Part shown: positions 19,435 through 29,633 of the stretch, in pieces
How positions within the stretch are numbered: the first letter of the stretch is position 1
Layout of the letters: every line of letters begins with the position of its first letter
Source: Thermoplasmatota archaeon
GTDB lineage: Archaea; Thermoplasmatota; Thermoplasmata; UBA10834
Reading direction: 5' to 3'
Assembly: GCA_040751795.1 (NCBI GenBank)
Contig: JBFMHR010000003.1
Location: 224,001-288,000 of the forward strand
DNA length: 64,000 bases
Position numbers and translations under genes: made by a program
Notes under the pieces: generated by a model
Databases searched by the model: none
What the model was told of the DNA's origin: nothing
The model's input: the letters and a program-made list of their open reading frames with translations, nothing else

Positions 19435-20616
19435 ATGGTCCAGAAGGTCGTAACCGGGAACTACGCAGCGGCATACGGGGCCATGAGGAGCAGGGTCAAG
19501 ACGGTCGCAGCATACCCCATCACCCCGCAGACGTTCATAGTCGAGCACCTCTCCGAGTTCGTCAACAACGGGGAGCTGGACTGCGAGTACATCGAGGTTG
19601 AGAGCGAGCACTCCGCCATGAGCGCGTGCGTGTCCGCGAGCGCCTCGGGCGTCCGCACGTTCACGGCCACATCGTCACAGGGGCTCGCGCTGATGCACGA
19701 GCTCCTCCCGATCGCGAGCGGCCTGAGGCTCCCGGTCGTGATGGCGGTCGTGAACAGGGCGATAGCCGCCCCGATCAACATCTGGGTCGAGCACTCCGAC
19801 ATCATGCCCGAGAGGGACTCCGGGTGGCTGCAGGTCTTCTGCGACCACAACCAGGAGGTCCAGGACATGGTCCTCCAGGCGTTCAAGATCGCGGAGGACA
19901 AGCGCGTCGCGCTGCCGATGTCGGTGGGCCTGGACGCGTTCATCCTCTCGCACACGGTGGAGCCCGTGGACCTGATCTGCTCGGAAGACGCGGACAAGTT
20001 CCTGCCCAAGTACAGCCCGCCGAGCCCGACCCTCGACACGAAGGACGTCAGGTCGGTCGGCGTGTTCGTGCCGCCCGAGTACATGATGGAGACTCGGTGG
20101 CAGCTGGACAGGGCCGTCCGCGAGGCCCCGACGGTCATCGAGGAGGTCAACAAGCAGTTCGCCCGGCAGTTCGGGAGGGACCACGGAGGGATGATCGACG
20201 CCTACAGGTGCGACGACGCGGACGCGGTCCTCATCACCCTCGGCACGGTCAGCTCGACCGCCCACGAGGTGGTCGACTCGATGCGCGCTGAGGGCAAGAA
20301 GGTCGGCCTTGTCAAGCAGAGGTTCTGGAGGCCGTACCCGGCCAAGCAGCTCCGCGCCATAGCCGAGAAGGCCAAGGCCGTCGGCGTGTTCGACAGGGCC
20401 GTGTCCTACGGGGTCGCGGGCCCGTCCTACATCGAGTTCAGGAACGCCGCCTACGGCCTGAACGTCCCGACCATGGACTTCATAGGCGGCCTGGGCGGCA
20501 ACGACGTCTCGCTGGCGGACATCCGGTTCATCTACGACCGCCTGCTCGAGGCGGCGAAGACCGGGAAGGCCAGGCGCGAAGTGACCTGGCTGAACACCAG
20601 GGGGGTGGAGCAGTGA
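19435..20616 (+). CDS. porA: 2-oxoacid:ferredoxin oxidoreductase alpha subunit
   Basis: AYPITPQT, ESEHSA, TATSSQGL. Confidence 0.93.
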   Translation: MVQKVVTGNYAAAYGAMRSRVKTVAAYPITPQTFIVEHLSEFVNNGELDCEYIEVESEHSAMSACVSASASGVRTFTATSSQGLALMHELLPIASGLRLPVVMAVVNRAIAAPINIWVEHSDIMPERDSGWLQVFCDHNQEVQDMVLQAFKIAEDKRVALPMSVGLDAFILSHTVEPVDLICSEDADKFLPKYSPPSPTLDTKDVRSVGVFVPPEYMMETRWQLDRAVREAPTVIEEVNKQFARQFGRDHGGMIDAYRCDDADAVLITLGTVSSTAHEVVDSMRAEGKKVGLVKQRFWRPYPAKQLRAIAEKAKAVGVFDRAVSYGVAGPSYIEFRNAAYGLNVPTMDFIGGLGGNDVSLADIRFIYDRLLEAAKTGKARREVTWLNTRGVEQ

Positions 20617-21503
20617 AGCTCAAGGAGTTGCCGGACGAGGAGATGTTCACCCGCGGGCACACGGCGTGCGCGGGCTGCGGCGGCGCGATCGCCGTCAGGA
20701 ACCTGATGAAGATACTGGGCAAGGACACGGTGGTCGTCAACCCCGCATGCTGCCTGCTCATCTTCGGGGCCACATACCCGAACATCGCATGGAAGGTCCC
20801 GTTCCACCACGTGGCGTTCGAGAACACCGCCGCGTGCGCGACCGGGATGGCCAGGGCCCTGAAGGCGAAGGGCGACGGCGACACCCTCGTCATGGGGATC
20901 GCCGGCGACGGCGGCACCGCTGACATCGGCTTCCAGGCCCTCTCCGGGGCGGCCGAGAGGAACGAGGACATCCTCTACGTCATGTACGACAACGAGGCCT
21001 ACATGAACACAGGTATCCAGAGGTCGGGGTCCACCCCGTTCGGCGCGTGGACGACAACGACCCCCGTGGGCAAGGTCAGGTCGGGCAAGGCCAACTTCAA
21101 GAAGGACATGCCCCAGATCATGATGGCCCACAACGTCCCGTACGTCGCGACCGCGTCGGTCGGCCACATCCAGGACTTCATCAACAAGTTCGAGAAGGCC
21201 AAGAAGATCAAGGGCTTCAGGTACATCCAGGTCTTCACGCCCTGCCCGACGGGGTGGAGGCACGACACCGCCAAGACCATCGAGGTGTGCAAGCTGGCCG
21301 TCGACACCGGGATGTGGACCCTGTACGAGTGCGAGAACGGGAAGGTCACCATAAACAGGAAGCCGAAGATGACCCCCGTCGCCGACTACCTGAAGATCCA
21401 GGGCAGGTTCAGGCACATGACGGAAGAGGACATCAAGAAGCTGCAGGACTGGGTCACCAGGAAGTGGCAGGCGGACGAGAAGTTCGCCCAGTGCAAGTCC
21501 TGA
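20613..21503 (+). CDS. porB: 2-oxoacid:ferredoxin oxidoreductase beta subunit
   Basis: CAGCG, GDGG...DNEAYMNTGIQ (TPP binding), PCPTGW. Confidence 0.93.
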   Translation: MKLKELPDEEMFTRGHTACAGCGGAIAVRNLMKILGKDTVVVNPACCLLIFGATYPNIAWKVPFHHVAFENTAACATGMARALKAKGDGDTLVMGIAGDGGTADIGFQALSGAAERNEDILYVMYDNEAYMNTGIQRSGSTPFGAWTTTTPVGKVRSGKANFKKDMPQIMMAHNVPYVATASVGHIQDFINKFEKAKKIKGFRYIQVFTPCPTGWRHDTAKTIEVCKLAVDTGMWTLYECENGKVTINRKPKMTPVADYLKIQGRFRHMTEEDIKKLQDWVTRKWQADEKFAQCKS

Positions 21504-21515
21504 ACAGGGCCCGCC

Positions 21516-21540
21516 AAACCCCTTGAAACCCTACTTGTTC
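21516..21540 (+). terminator. Putative terminator after porB
   Basis: aaaccccttgaaaccctacttgtt following the stop. Confidence 0.45.
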
Positions 21541-21567
21541 CATCCACCGGCCGCCGGCGGTGCGGCC

Positions 21568-22413
21568 TCAGGCTAGGCTCTTCCGCATCTCGACCTGCTT
21601 CATCGTCACGGCGAAGTCGAACTTGTCCAGCATGCGCAGGACCTGTGGGTCCTCGTTCAGGTTGTAGATCGCGACCTTGAATGCCCCGAGCTCCCAGAGC
21701 CTGTTGAGGGCGAACTTCGCCAGGGAGGTCCCTATCCCCTCCCCCCTCCGGCCGGGGAGGACCCCGAGGTACGGGATGTAGCCCGTCGACTCGACCTTCC
21801 GGACGAGGACGAACCCCCCGTCAGCGATGTAGCACTCCGCCGTGCGGACGGACGAGACAAGCCCGTGGACCTTCCTCCTCTGCCAGCATGTGTCGGAGTA
21901 GGCCTCGGCGTGCATCGGCATGAGCTCCTCGAGGGCGGCCCTCCGGGGCCGGATGCCGTACCCCGCGAACTGGACGGGCTTCCCCTCGGCGCAGATGTAC
22001 TTCCTGACGTCCCTGTAGCCGATGTGCGAGTAGAGCGAGTAGGCGCGCTCGTTCCCCTCGATGACCTCGAGGACCGATGCGCGGGCCCCCTCCCTCCGGG
22101 AGAACTCCTCGCCGGCGAGCATCAGCCTCTTGCCCAGCCCCCTGCCCCTGTGGCTCGGAACCACTCCGACGCCGCCGACCCAGGACTCGCCGCCGTCGAC
22201 CACCGGGTTGACGTAGCCGACGACCCTGCCTCCGTCCGTGGCGACTATCACGTTGGACAGTTTGCCCCCAACGGACTGGACGAAGTCGACGAAGAACTCC
22301 CTGCTCGACCTCATGGGCACGAGGTAGTCGGAGAAGATCTCGTTCTGCGCGTCCACGAGCGCGTCGAGCTCCCCACTCGCGATGTGCCTGAGCTGGATGC
22401 CTTCGCCGGCCAT
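21568..22413 (-). CDS. Tandem GNAT N-acetyltransferase
   Basis: Two acetyl-CoA motifs (HRGRGLG, RRGEGIG). Confidence 0.88.
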   Translation of the reverse strand: MAGEGIQLRHIASGELDALVDAQNEIFSDYLVPMRSSREFFVDFVQSVGGKLSNVIVATDGGRVVGYVNPVVDGGESWVGGVGVVPSHRGRGLGKRLMLAGEEFSRREGARASVLEVIEGNERAYSLYSHIGYRDVRKYICAEGKPVQFAGYGIRPRRAALEELMPMHAEAYSDTCWQRRKVHGLVSSVRTAECYIADGGFVLVRKVESTGYIPYLGVLPGRRGEGIGTSLAKFALNRLWELGAFKVAIYNLNEDPQVLRMLDKFDFAVTMKQVEMRKSLA

Positions 22414-22423
22414 CTCAAGCCCT

Positions 22424-23908
22424 CTAGACCGCCTCTGGCTTCATGTGGGGGAACAGCAGGACCTCCTTGATGGAGGGCGCGTCGGTGAGTATCATGGCGA
22501 ACCTGTCGACCCCTATCCCGAGGCCGCCGGTGGGCGGGAGCCCGCACTCCAGGGCGCGGATGTAGTCGAGGTCGATCGGGTGCGCCTCCTCGTCGCCCTC
22601 GTTCTTCAGCCGGTCCTGCTCCCTGAACCTCTGCTCCTGCTCCTCGGGGTCGTTCAGCTCCGAGAACGCGTTGGCGAACTCCCAGCCGTTGATGAACAGC
22701 TCGAACCGCTCCACCAGGCTCGGGTCCCCGCGCTTCCTCTTCGCAAGTGGCGAGACCTCCAGCGGGTGGTCTATGACGAACGTCGGGTCGATCAGGCTGG
22801 GCTGCGCCTTCTGGTCGAAGAGCTCGGCCACTATCTTGCCCATCTCCCCGCAGTCCTCGATGTCCCTGACGCCGAGTGCCATCGCCGCGGCCCTCGCCTC
22901 GGCCACGTCCTTGAAGGTGGATATGTCCAGGCCCGTGTGCTCCTTGATCGCGTCGTGCATCGTGACCCTGCGCCAAGGCCTCGTGAAGTCGAGGACCTTG
23001 TCGCCGTACTTGATCTTCTCAGTCCCGACGATGTGCATCGCGGTGTCGTACAGGAGGCTCTCGGTGAGGTCCATGATGGCCTCGTAGTCGACGTAGGCCT
23101 CGTATAGCTCCAGGGAGGTGTACTCGGGGTAGTGCTGCGCGTCTATGTCCTCGTTCCTGAAGTTCTTCCCGATCTCGTAGACCTTCTCAAGGTTCCCGAC
23201 GATGCACCTCTTGTGGTACAGCTCGGGCGCTATCCTGAGGTAGAGGTCCATGTCTAGGTAGTTGTGGTGGGTGACGAAGGGCCGGGCCAGCGCGCCGCCG
23301 TAGAGCGGCTGCAGTATGGGCGTCTCGACCTCGAGGAAGCCGCGCTTGTTGAGCCAGTCCCTCATGAACGCGACCATCCTGCTGCGGCTGATGAACCTCC
23401 GCCTGACGTCGTCGTTCATGGCGAGGTCGAGGTACCTCTGCCTGTACCTCGTCTGGACGTCCTGCAGCCCGTGGAACTTCTCGGGGAACGGTATGAGCGC
23501 CTTCGAGAGCACCTCGATCTCCCTGACCGCGACGGTTACCTCGCCCATCTTGGTCCTGAACACCGGCCCGCGGACGCCTATAATGTCGCCGCGGTCGAGG
23601 GCGGTGAACGTGGTCCAGGCCTCCTGTCCGACCTCGTCGAGCCTGACGTAGACCTGCACCTTCCCCTCCCTGTCCACGAGGTCGGCGAAGCCGGCCTTCC
23701 CGTGGACCCGGATGGCCATCACCCTCCCCGCGGCAGCGACCTCCTTCGCGCTCCTCTCGGCGCCAGCCCCGGCGAACTCGCTCCTGATCGAGACGGTGTC
23801 GTGGGTGCGTGCGAACTCGTACTTCTTGTAGGGGTCGAGCCCCCTGCTCTTGAGCGCCTCGAGCTTGCCCTTCATCAGGGCCCTCATGTCGCTCTCCTGT
23901 TCGGGCAT
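22424..23908 (-). CDS. lysS: Lysyl-tRNA synthetase, class II
   Basis: OB anticodon domain, YRQRYLDL, YLRIAPEL, FRNE, PPTGGLGIGVDR. Confidence 0.97.
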   Translation of the reverse strand: MPEQESDMRALMKGKLEALKSRGLDPYKKYEFARTHDTVSIRSEFAGAGAERSAKEVAAAGRVMAIRVHGKAGFADLVDREGKVQVYVRLDEVGQEAWTTFTALDRGDIIGVRGPVFRTKMGEVTVAVREIEVLSKALIPFPEKFHGLQDVQTRYRQRYLDLAMNDDVRRRFISRSRMVAFMRDWLNKRGFLEVETPILQPLYGGALARPFVTHHNYLDMDLYLRIAPELYHKRCIVGNLEKVYEIGKNFRNEDIDAQHYPEYTSLELYEAYVDYEAIMDLTESLLYDTAMHIVGTEKIKYGDKVLDFTRPWRRVTMHDAIKEHTGLDISTFKDVAEARAAAMALGVRDIEDCGEMGKIVAELFDQKAQPSLIDPTFVIDHPLEVSPLAKRKRGDPSLVERFELFINGWEFANAFSELNDPEEQEQRFREQDRLKNEGDEEAHPIDLDYIRALECGLPPTGGLGIGVDRFAMILTDAPSIKEVLLFPHMKPEAV

Positions 23909-24062
23909 CAGGCATCCCCCGGGTAGGGTGCGTTCTCATATCCCCAGGGCCTACTTAAACGTAAGCGGCCGCCGGGCAGGGCCAACGCATCGATATCGCT
24001 CTCTCTCGCACTCATGCAGAACCACTCTCGGGCAGGGACGGCGGCTCGCGCCGCGGGCCCCG

Positions 24063-24434
24063 CTAACCCTTCTTCTCCCCTTCGGCCTCTGAGATGGCCG
24101 CGAGGAGCTCCTCTATCCTGAAGGGCTTGAGGAGGAACCCCCTGGCCCCGGCCGCGAGCGCCTCCTTCTCGATGTGGAGGTCGGCGCTCCCGAAGAATAT
24201 CAGCGCCTCAGGGTCCATCTTGAGGATCTCCTGGGTCGCGCTCACGCCGTCCTTGATCGGCATCCTCTGGTCCATGATTATGACGACGGGCTTCTCCTTC
24301 ATGTCCCTGTACTTCCTCACGGCCTCCTCGCCGTCGGAGGCCACGTCGACGACCGTGTGGCCGTTGGCCTCGAGGATGTCTTTGTACAGGTCGACGATGA
24401 ACTTCTCGTCGTCGACAAGGAACACCGTGGCGAT
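24063..24434 (-). CDS. Stand-alone response regulator receiver (start ATC 24434 or GTG 24425)
   Basis: LVDD, MDQRMP, KPF. Confidence 0.9.
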   Translation of the reverse strand: MATVFLVDDEKFIVDLYKDILEANGHTVVDVASDGEEAVRKYRDMKEKPVVIIMDQRMPIKDGVSATQEILKMDPEALIFFGSADLHIEKEALAAGARGFLLKPFRIEELLAAISEAEGEKKG

Positions 24435-24659
24435 AGTACTACCTCCGAATCCCTCTCTTCAGCCCTCTGCTCTCTGATGGGTCCGCCTAGATGTCGTCAC
24501 GCCGTGACCGCGCCTAGCCAGATGGGATTCTGTCAATTATCTTGTACATTATATAATGCTTTTCCTGATGGCCCGTCGCCTGGGAGGCGCCGAGGAGGGT
24601 GGGCGACTGGCCCGTAAAGGCTTATATATGGAGGCCCTCAATAGGCCTCCCCGAGGCCT

Positions 24660-24827
24660 ATGCCGAAGCAGAAGAAGGGCGAGGGGTTCCACTCCGCAGC
24701 CGGTCTCATCCGGTACTTCGACTCCGAGGATGAGAAGGCGCTGAAGATCAACCCGTGGTTCGTCGTCGCCATGTGCATCACCGCATCGGTGGTGGTGCTC
24801 GTCCTGGGCGCCCTGTACCCGACCTGA
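24660..24827 (+). CDS. secG: Preprotein translocase subunit Sec61beta/SecG (not in ORF track)
   Basis: 55 aa: MPKQKKGEGFHSAAGLIRYFDSED...KINP plus one TM helix. Confidence 0.92.
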   Translation: MPKQKKGEGFHSAAGLIRYFDSEDEKALKINPWFVVAMCITASVVVLVLGALYPT

Positions 24828-24889
24828 CGCCGCCCGGCCCCTGAGTTCTACGCCACGCCGCATGCCAGCGCCCGCGCCGCATGTACACA

Positions 24890-25117
24890 TGTGTCCGTCA
24901 GGCGCCGCGCACCGGACACAACAACTAAATACCGTCGTTGGCTTCGCTGGCCTGCTCGAGGCGCAAGGACATGGCTCCAAGATCGGTCGTGTTTGGTTGT
25001 CTTCACGCGTGAGTCCACGCGTACCAGCATGCGCCCCGGGTTGTTCTGTGCCGTAGGTCAACGCGTCAGCGTGCTCGCTGGCCCTGGCTCGCCGGCGCCG
25101 ACCATGGAGGTGTTTCA
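24890..25117 (+). promoter_or_regulatory. his operon promoter and structured leader with 13-codon uORF (24971-25012)
   Basis: IR TGTGTCCG..CGGACACA, TAAATA box, uORF MAPRSVVFGCLHA, ACGCGTG/CACGCGT hairpin, anti-SD complementarity. Confidence 0.5.
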
Positions 25118-25984
25118 GTGAGCATGCTCAGGATAGCTCTGCCGAACAAGGGAAGGTTGAACGGAAGCGCGGTCAGGCTCATGAACAGGATAGGGTTCCC
25201 GGTGCCCGACTCGAACAGCCGGACCCTCCTGGCCGAGTTCGGCAAGGGCCGGTACCAGGTCCTCATGGCGCGGGCCCAGGACATCCCCGAGTTCGTGGAG
25301 ATGGGCGCGGCCGACATAGGCATCACTGGCCTTGACCTGGTCCTGGAGACCAAGAGGGACGTCAGGAGGCTCATGGACCTCGACTTCGGCAGGTGCCGGC
25401 TCGTGGCCGCGGTGCCGGAGGAATCCAGCGTCAAGGGGGCGGCCGACGTGCCGGACGGCTGCGTCGTCGCCACCTCGTTCCCCAACCTGACCAGGGAGTT
25501 CTTCCAAGGGCTCGGCAGGGCCGTGACGCCGGCCGAGGTGTCCGGGTCCACGGAGGTCGCGCCGCGGATCGGCCTCGCGGACGTCATCGTCGACCTCACC
25601 GAGACAGGCTCGACGATGAAGATGAACCGCCTCAGGGAGGTCGGCGTCATCCTCGAGTCGGTGGCCGTGGTCATCGCGAACCCGAGGGCGATCGAGGAGA
25701 AGCGCCTCACGATCGAGGAGGTCACGAGCGCGTTCGCCAGCGTGATGAACGCCTCCAGGAAGCGCTACATCATGGCGAACGTCCCCAGGGACAGGCTCCA
25801 GACCCTGAACACCCTCGTGCCCGGCGTCTCCGGGCCGACGGTCATGAACATCATGGGGAGGGACGACCTGGTGGCGATCCACGCGGTCACGAACGAGGAC
25901 GAGGTCAACGGCGTGATCGCCATGCTCAAGGGCATCGGGGCCGCGGGGATACTCGTGATGCCGATAGAAAGGATGGTGCTCTGA
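25118..25984 (+). CDS. hisG: ATP phosphoribosyltransferase (long form)
   Basis: IALPNKGRL, DIGITG, GSTEVAP, ETGST, C-terminal regulatory domain. Confidence 0.96.
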   Translation: MSMLRIALPNKGRLNGSAVRLMNRIGFPVPDSNSRTLLAEFGKGRYQVLMARAQDIPEFVEMGAADIGITGLDLVLETKRDVRRLMDLDFGRCRLVAAVPEESSVKGAADVPDGCVVATSFPNLTREFFQGLGRAVTPAEVSGSTEVAPRIGLADVIVDLTETGSTMKMNRLREVGVILESVAVVIANPRAIEEKRLTIEEVTSAFASVMNASRKRYIMANVPRDRLQTLNTLVPGVSGPTVMNIMGRDDLVAIHAVTNEDEVNGVIAMLKGIGAAGILVMPIERMVL

Positions 25985-25985
25985 C

Positions 25986-27269
25986 ATGCTGGCCTTCGAG
26001 ATCTCAAGGTTATCCGACGAGGAGCGGAGGAGGCTGGTCTCCAGGGAGGGGGTGGACCTGTCCGCCCCGCTCGCCGCCGCTGCGGCCATAGTCGGCCGTG
26101 TCCGGAGCGGGGGCGACCAGGCCCTGCTCGCATGCGCCAGGGAGTTCGACTCGTTCACTGGCGGCCCGCTCCGCGTCCCGGAGGCCGAGCTGCTGGCCGC
26201 CATGGACCGCCTGCCGGCGGAGCTGATGGACGCGATGGTCGCATGCAAGGAGCGAATCGAGAAGTTCCACTCCGAGCAGGTGTTCAGACCCTTCGAGTAC
26301 ATCGACGAATCAGGTTCGTTCGGGCAGAAGGTCGTGCCGTTGGACAGGGTCGGCGTCTACGTCCCTGGAGGGACGGCGGACTACGCTTCCTCGGTGTTGA
26401 TGGCGTGCGTGCCCGCGCGCGTCGCGGGCGTCCCGGAGATAGTCCTGTGCACGCCCGCGAGGGGAGGCCGCGTCGGGGACGCCGTCCTCGCAGCGGCAGG
26501 CCTCTGCGGGGTGCGCGAGGTCTACTCCGTGGGGGGAGCACAGGCGATTGCGGCGATGGCCTACGGGACGGAGACGATCCCCCCGGTCAGGAAGATCGTC
26601 GGCCCCGGGGGCGCGTTCGTGACCGCCGCCAAGCTCCTGGTTAGGAACGACTGCGAGATCGACTTCCTCGCAGGGCCGTCCGAGGTCCTCGTCGTCGCCG
26701 ACGGCGGGGCCGACCCGCTCCTGCTGGCGGCCGAGATGCTAGCCCAGCTGGAACACGATCCGCTCGCCCGCGCGGTCCTCGTGTCGACCTCCAGCGACGC
26801 ACTCCAGGCGACGGCCAGGAGGCTGCGGGAGCTGACGGGGTCGGCGTCCAGGCGGAGCACGGTGGAGGCCGCCTCCAGGGAGGGCGCGGTGTTCCTCCTC
26901 GCCAAGGACCTCGACGAGGCCCTCGCGTTCTCGAACGAGTACGCGCCCGAGCACCTCGTCCTGGACGTCTCCTCGCCCAGGGAGGCGCTCGGGAAGGTGA
27001 CGAGCGCCGGCTCGGTCTTCGTGGGGCGCCGCTCCTCCGTGGCCTTCGGGGACTACTGCGCGGGGCCGAACCACATCCTCCCGACCAAGGGCACGGCCTC
27101 CGCCAGGTCGTCCCTCTCGACATACGACTTCATGAAGGTCATCCCCTACCAGGAGCTGACGGCGTCCGGTGCCTCGAGGCTCGCCCCGCTGGCCGAGCGG
27201 ATGGCGATGGCCGAGGGCCTGCCAGGGCACGCGCAGGCGGCCCGCCTCAGGAAGGAGGTGGGCATGTGA
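25986..27269 (+). CDS. hisD: Histidinol dehydrogenase
   Basis: YVPGG, GGAQAI, AGPSE, APEHL, GDYCAGPNHILPT. Confidence 0.96.
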   Translation: MLAFEISRLSDEERRRLVSREGVDLSAPLAAAAAIVGRVRSGGDQALLACAREFDSFTGGPLRVPEAELLAAMDRLPAELMDAMVACKERIEKFHSEQVFRPFEYIDESGSFGQKVVPLDRVGVYVPGGTADYASSVLMACVPARVAGVPEIVLCTPARGGRVGDAVLAAAGLCGVREVYSVGGAQAIAAMAYGTETIPPVRKIVGPGGAFVTAAKLLVRNDCEIDFLAGPSEVLVVADGGADPLLLAAEMLAQLEHDPLARAVLVSTSSDALQATARRLRELTGSASRRSTVEAASREGAVFLLAKDLDEALAFSNEYAPEHLVLDVSSPREALGKVTSAGSVFVGRRSSVAFGDYCAGPNHILPTKGTASARSSLSTYDFMKVIPYQELTASGASRLAPLAERMAMAEGLPGHAQAARLRKEVGM

Positions 27270-28330
27270 CCTCGGCCGGAGAGCTCAGGCGCCGGACCCT
27301 CGAGAGCCTGTCGCGCCCGTCCTACTCGATAGCGAGCAGGGACATGCTCCTCCTGAACGACAACGCCAACCTGTTCGGGACGAACCCGGCCGTCGCGGAG
27401 GTCGCGGGGTCCTTCGACTTCGCGAGGCTCTGGGCGTACCCCAGCGAGAACTCGGACTCCCTCAGGGAGAGGATCGCGTCCGAGTTCGGCGTGGACGCAG
27501 GGGAGGTCATCGTGGGGAACGGGTCGGACGAGCTGCTCGACATGGCGTGCAAGTGCTTCATCAACCCCGGGGACGCGTTCTGCTCCCCCTCCCCGACCTT
27601 CAGCATGTACAGGTTCTACGCGCGGGTCAACCTCGCCAGGATCGTGGAGAAGCCCCTCGGACCGGGGTTCGCCCTCGATGCGGGGCCGATACTGTCGGAG
27701 GGGGCCAAGCTGACCGCCCTGTGCCAGCCGAACAACCCGACGGGGAACCTGTTCGACGCGCGCGAGGTGTCCAGGGTGCTGTCCGAGTCGGCGGGCGTGG
27801 TCCTCCTCGACGAGGCGTACGCCGACTTCTGCGGCTCGGACATGCTCCGGGAGGCGCTCTCCGCCCCTTGCGCCATAGACACGCGGACGCTGTCGAAGGC
27901 GTACGGCATGGCCGGCCTGCGGGCCGGCTTCGCCATGGCGAGGAAGGAGGTCGTCGACGAGCTGCGGAGGGTGCGCACGCCCTTCGGCCTGAACTCGTTC
28001 ACCGAGGCGGTCGCCATCCGGGCGATGGACAACGGGCGGTGGGTGGAGGAGAAGGCCGCCGAGATGAGGAAGGAGAGGGAGCACCTCCGGTCGCGGATGG
28101 ACGCCATGGGCTTCCGGCCGCTCCCATCGGAGTGCAATTTCGTCACGGCCAGGTGCCCGGCGGAGGGCACCCCGTTCGTTGCGGCGCTGAGGGCGAGGGG
28201 GGTCGCGGTGAGGGACTGCAGCTCGATGCCGATGCTCGAGGACCACATCCGGGTCACGGTGGGGCCGAGGTGGATGATGGACAGGTTCGTCGCCGAGGCC
28301 GAGTCGGTCATATCGGGTGGTGCGCCATGA
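27266..28330 (+). CDS. hisC: Histidinol-phosphate aminotransferase
   Basis: GNGSDE, PNNPTG, DEAY, TLSKAYGMAGLR. Confidence 0.94.
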   Translation: MTSAGELRRRTLESLSRPSYSIASRDMLLLNDNANLFGTNPAVAEVAGSFDFARLWAYPSENSDSLRERIASEFGVDAGEVIVGNGSDELLDMACKCFINPGDAFCSPSPTFSMYRFYARVNLARIVEKPLGPGFALDAGPILSEGAKLTALCQPNNPTGNLFDAREVSRVLSESAGVVLLDEAYADFCGSDMLREALSAPCAIDTRTLSKAYGMAGLRAGFAMARKEVVDELRRVRTPFGLNSFTEAVAIRAMDNGRWVEEKAAEMRKEREHLRSRMDAMGFRPLPSECNFVTARCPAEGTPFVAALRARGVAVRDCSSMPMLEDHIRVTVGPRWMMDRFVAEAESVISGGAP

Positions 28331-28926
28331 GGGTCGCCATCGTGGACTACGGCGTCGGCAACCTCCACAGCATCTCGAAGGGCCTCGAGCGCGCGGGCGC
28401 CTCGGTGGAGGTTGTCCCGGACGCCTCCCGCCTGGAGGGTGCGGAGTGCCTGGTGTTCCCGGGCGTCGGCGCGTTCGGCGCGGCGACGGAGCGGATCAGG
28501 CCTGCGATGCCGGCCATCCGCGACGCCATCTCGTCCGGCACCCCGGTCCTCGGCATATGCCTCGGCATGCAGGTCATGTTCGAGCGGAGCGAGGAGTCAC
28601 CGGGCGAGGGCCTGGGCACGTTCAGGGGCGATGTGAGGCGGCTGAGGGCCGATAGGGTCCCGCACATGGGGTGGAACGAGGTCTCCCACTGCGGGGACCC
28701 GCTGTTCGAGGGGGTTCCGCAGGGGGCGAGGTTCTACTTCGCCAACTCCTACGTCTGCCACCCCATGGAAAAAGTCGGAATAGCAGATACGCGATACGGT
28801 GAGACGTTCACCTCCGCGGTCAGGAAGGGGCGCGCGTTCGGCGTCCAGTTCCACCCTGAGAAGAGCGGGGAGGTCGGGCTGAGGCTGCTGAGGAACTTCG
28901 TCGGGTTGGCAGAGGGTTCAGGATGA
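28327..28926 (+). CDS. hisH: Imidazole glycerol phosphate synthase, glutaminase subunit
   Basis: DYGVGN, PGVG, GICLGMQ, QFHPEKS. Confidence 0.95.
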   Translation: MRVAIVDYGVGNLHSISKGLERAGASVEVVPDASRLEGAECLVFPGVGAFGAATERIRPAMPAIRDAISSGTPVLGICLGMQVMFERSEESPGEGLGTFRGDVRRLRADRVPHMGWNEVSHCGDPLFEGVPQGARFYFANSYVCHPMEKVGIADTRYGETFTSAVRKGRAFGVQFHPEKSGEVGLRLLRNFVGLAEGSG

Positions 28927-29633
28927 AGGTCATACCAGCGTTGGACATCAGGGGCGGCAAGTGCGTGCAGCTGGTCGGCGGGAAGCCTGGGACCGAGCAG
29001 GTCCAGATAGACGACGTCCTGGGCGTCGCGAGGAGGTGGCAGGAGGAGGGCGCCGAGATGCTGCACGTGGTCGACCTCGACTCGGCCATGGGGGCCGGCA
29101 ACAACGAGGCCCTCATCGAGATGATCATCGGCGACCTGGCCATCCCCGTGCAGGCGGGCGGGGGCATCAGGACCGAGGAGAAGGCCCAGAGGCTCTTCGA
29201 GATCGGGTGCGAGAGGGTCATAGTCGGCACCAGGGCGGTCCAGGACCCGGGCTTCATCGCCTCGCTCGCGTCCAAGTTCCCCGGCGACGTGGTCGTCGCG
29301 GTGGACTCCGCCTCGGACCAGGTTCTCATCAAGGGGTGGCAGGAGAGCTCGGGCAAGGGCACGGTCCCGGTGGTCAAGGAGCTCGAGCAGTACGACATCT
29401 GGGGCTTCCTCTACACGAACGTCGAGGTGGAGGGCAGGCTCCAGGGCATCAACCCCAGCCTCGTGAAGGGCTTCATCGGCCTGACGCACAAGCCGGTGAT
29501 AGTCTCCGGCGGGTTCACGACCGCGGCGGACCTGGCGATGGTCAAGGCGATGGGCGCGGACTCCGTCGTCCTCGGCATGTCGATCTACACGGGCAAGATA
29601 GACTTCAGGAAGGCGGTCAGGGAGTTCAGGTGA
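28923..29633 (+). CDS. hisA: ProFAR isomerase
   Basis: IPALDI, HVVDLD, GGGIR. Confidence 0.92.
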   Translation: MKVIPALDIRGGKCVQLVGGKPGTEQVQIDDVLGVARRWQEEGAEMLHVVDLDSAMGAGNNEALIEMIIGDLAIPVQAGGGIRTEEKAQRLFEIGCERVIVGTRAVQDPGFIASLASKFPGDVVVAVDSASDQVLIKGWQESSGKGTVPVVKELEQYDIWGFLYTNVEVEGRLQGINPSLVKGFIGLTHKPVIVSGGFTTAADLAMVKAMGADSVVLGMSIYTGKIDFRKAVREFR

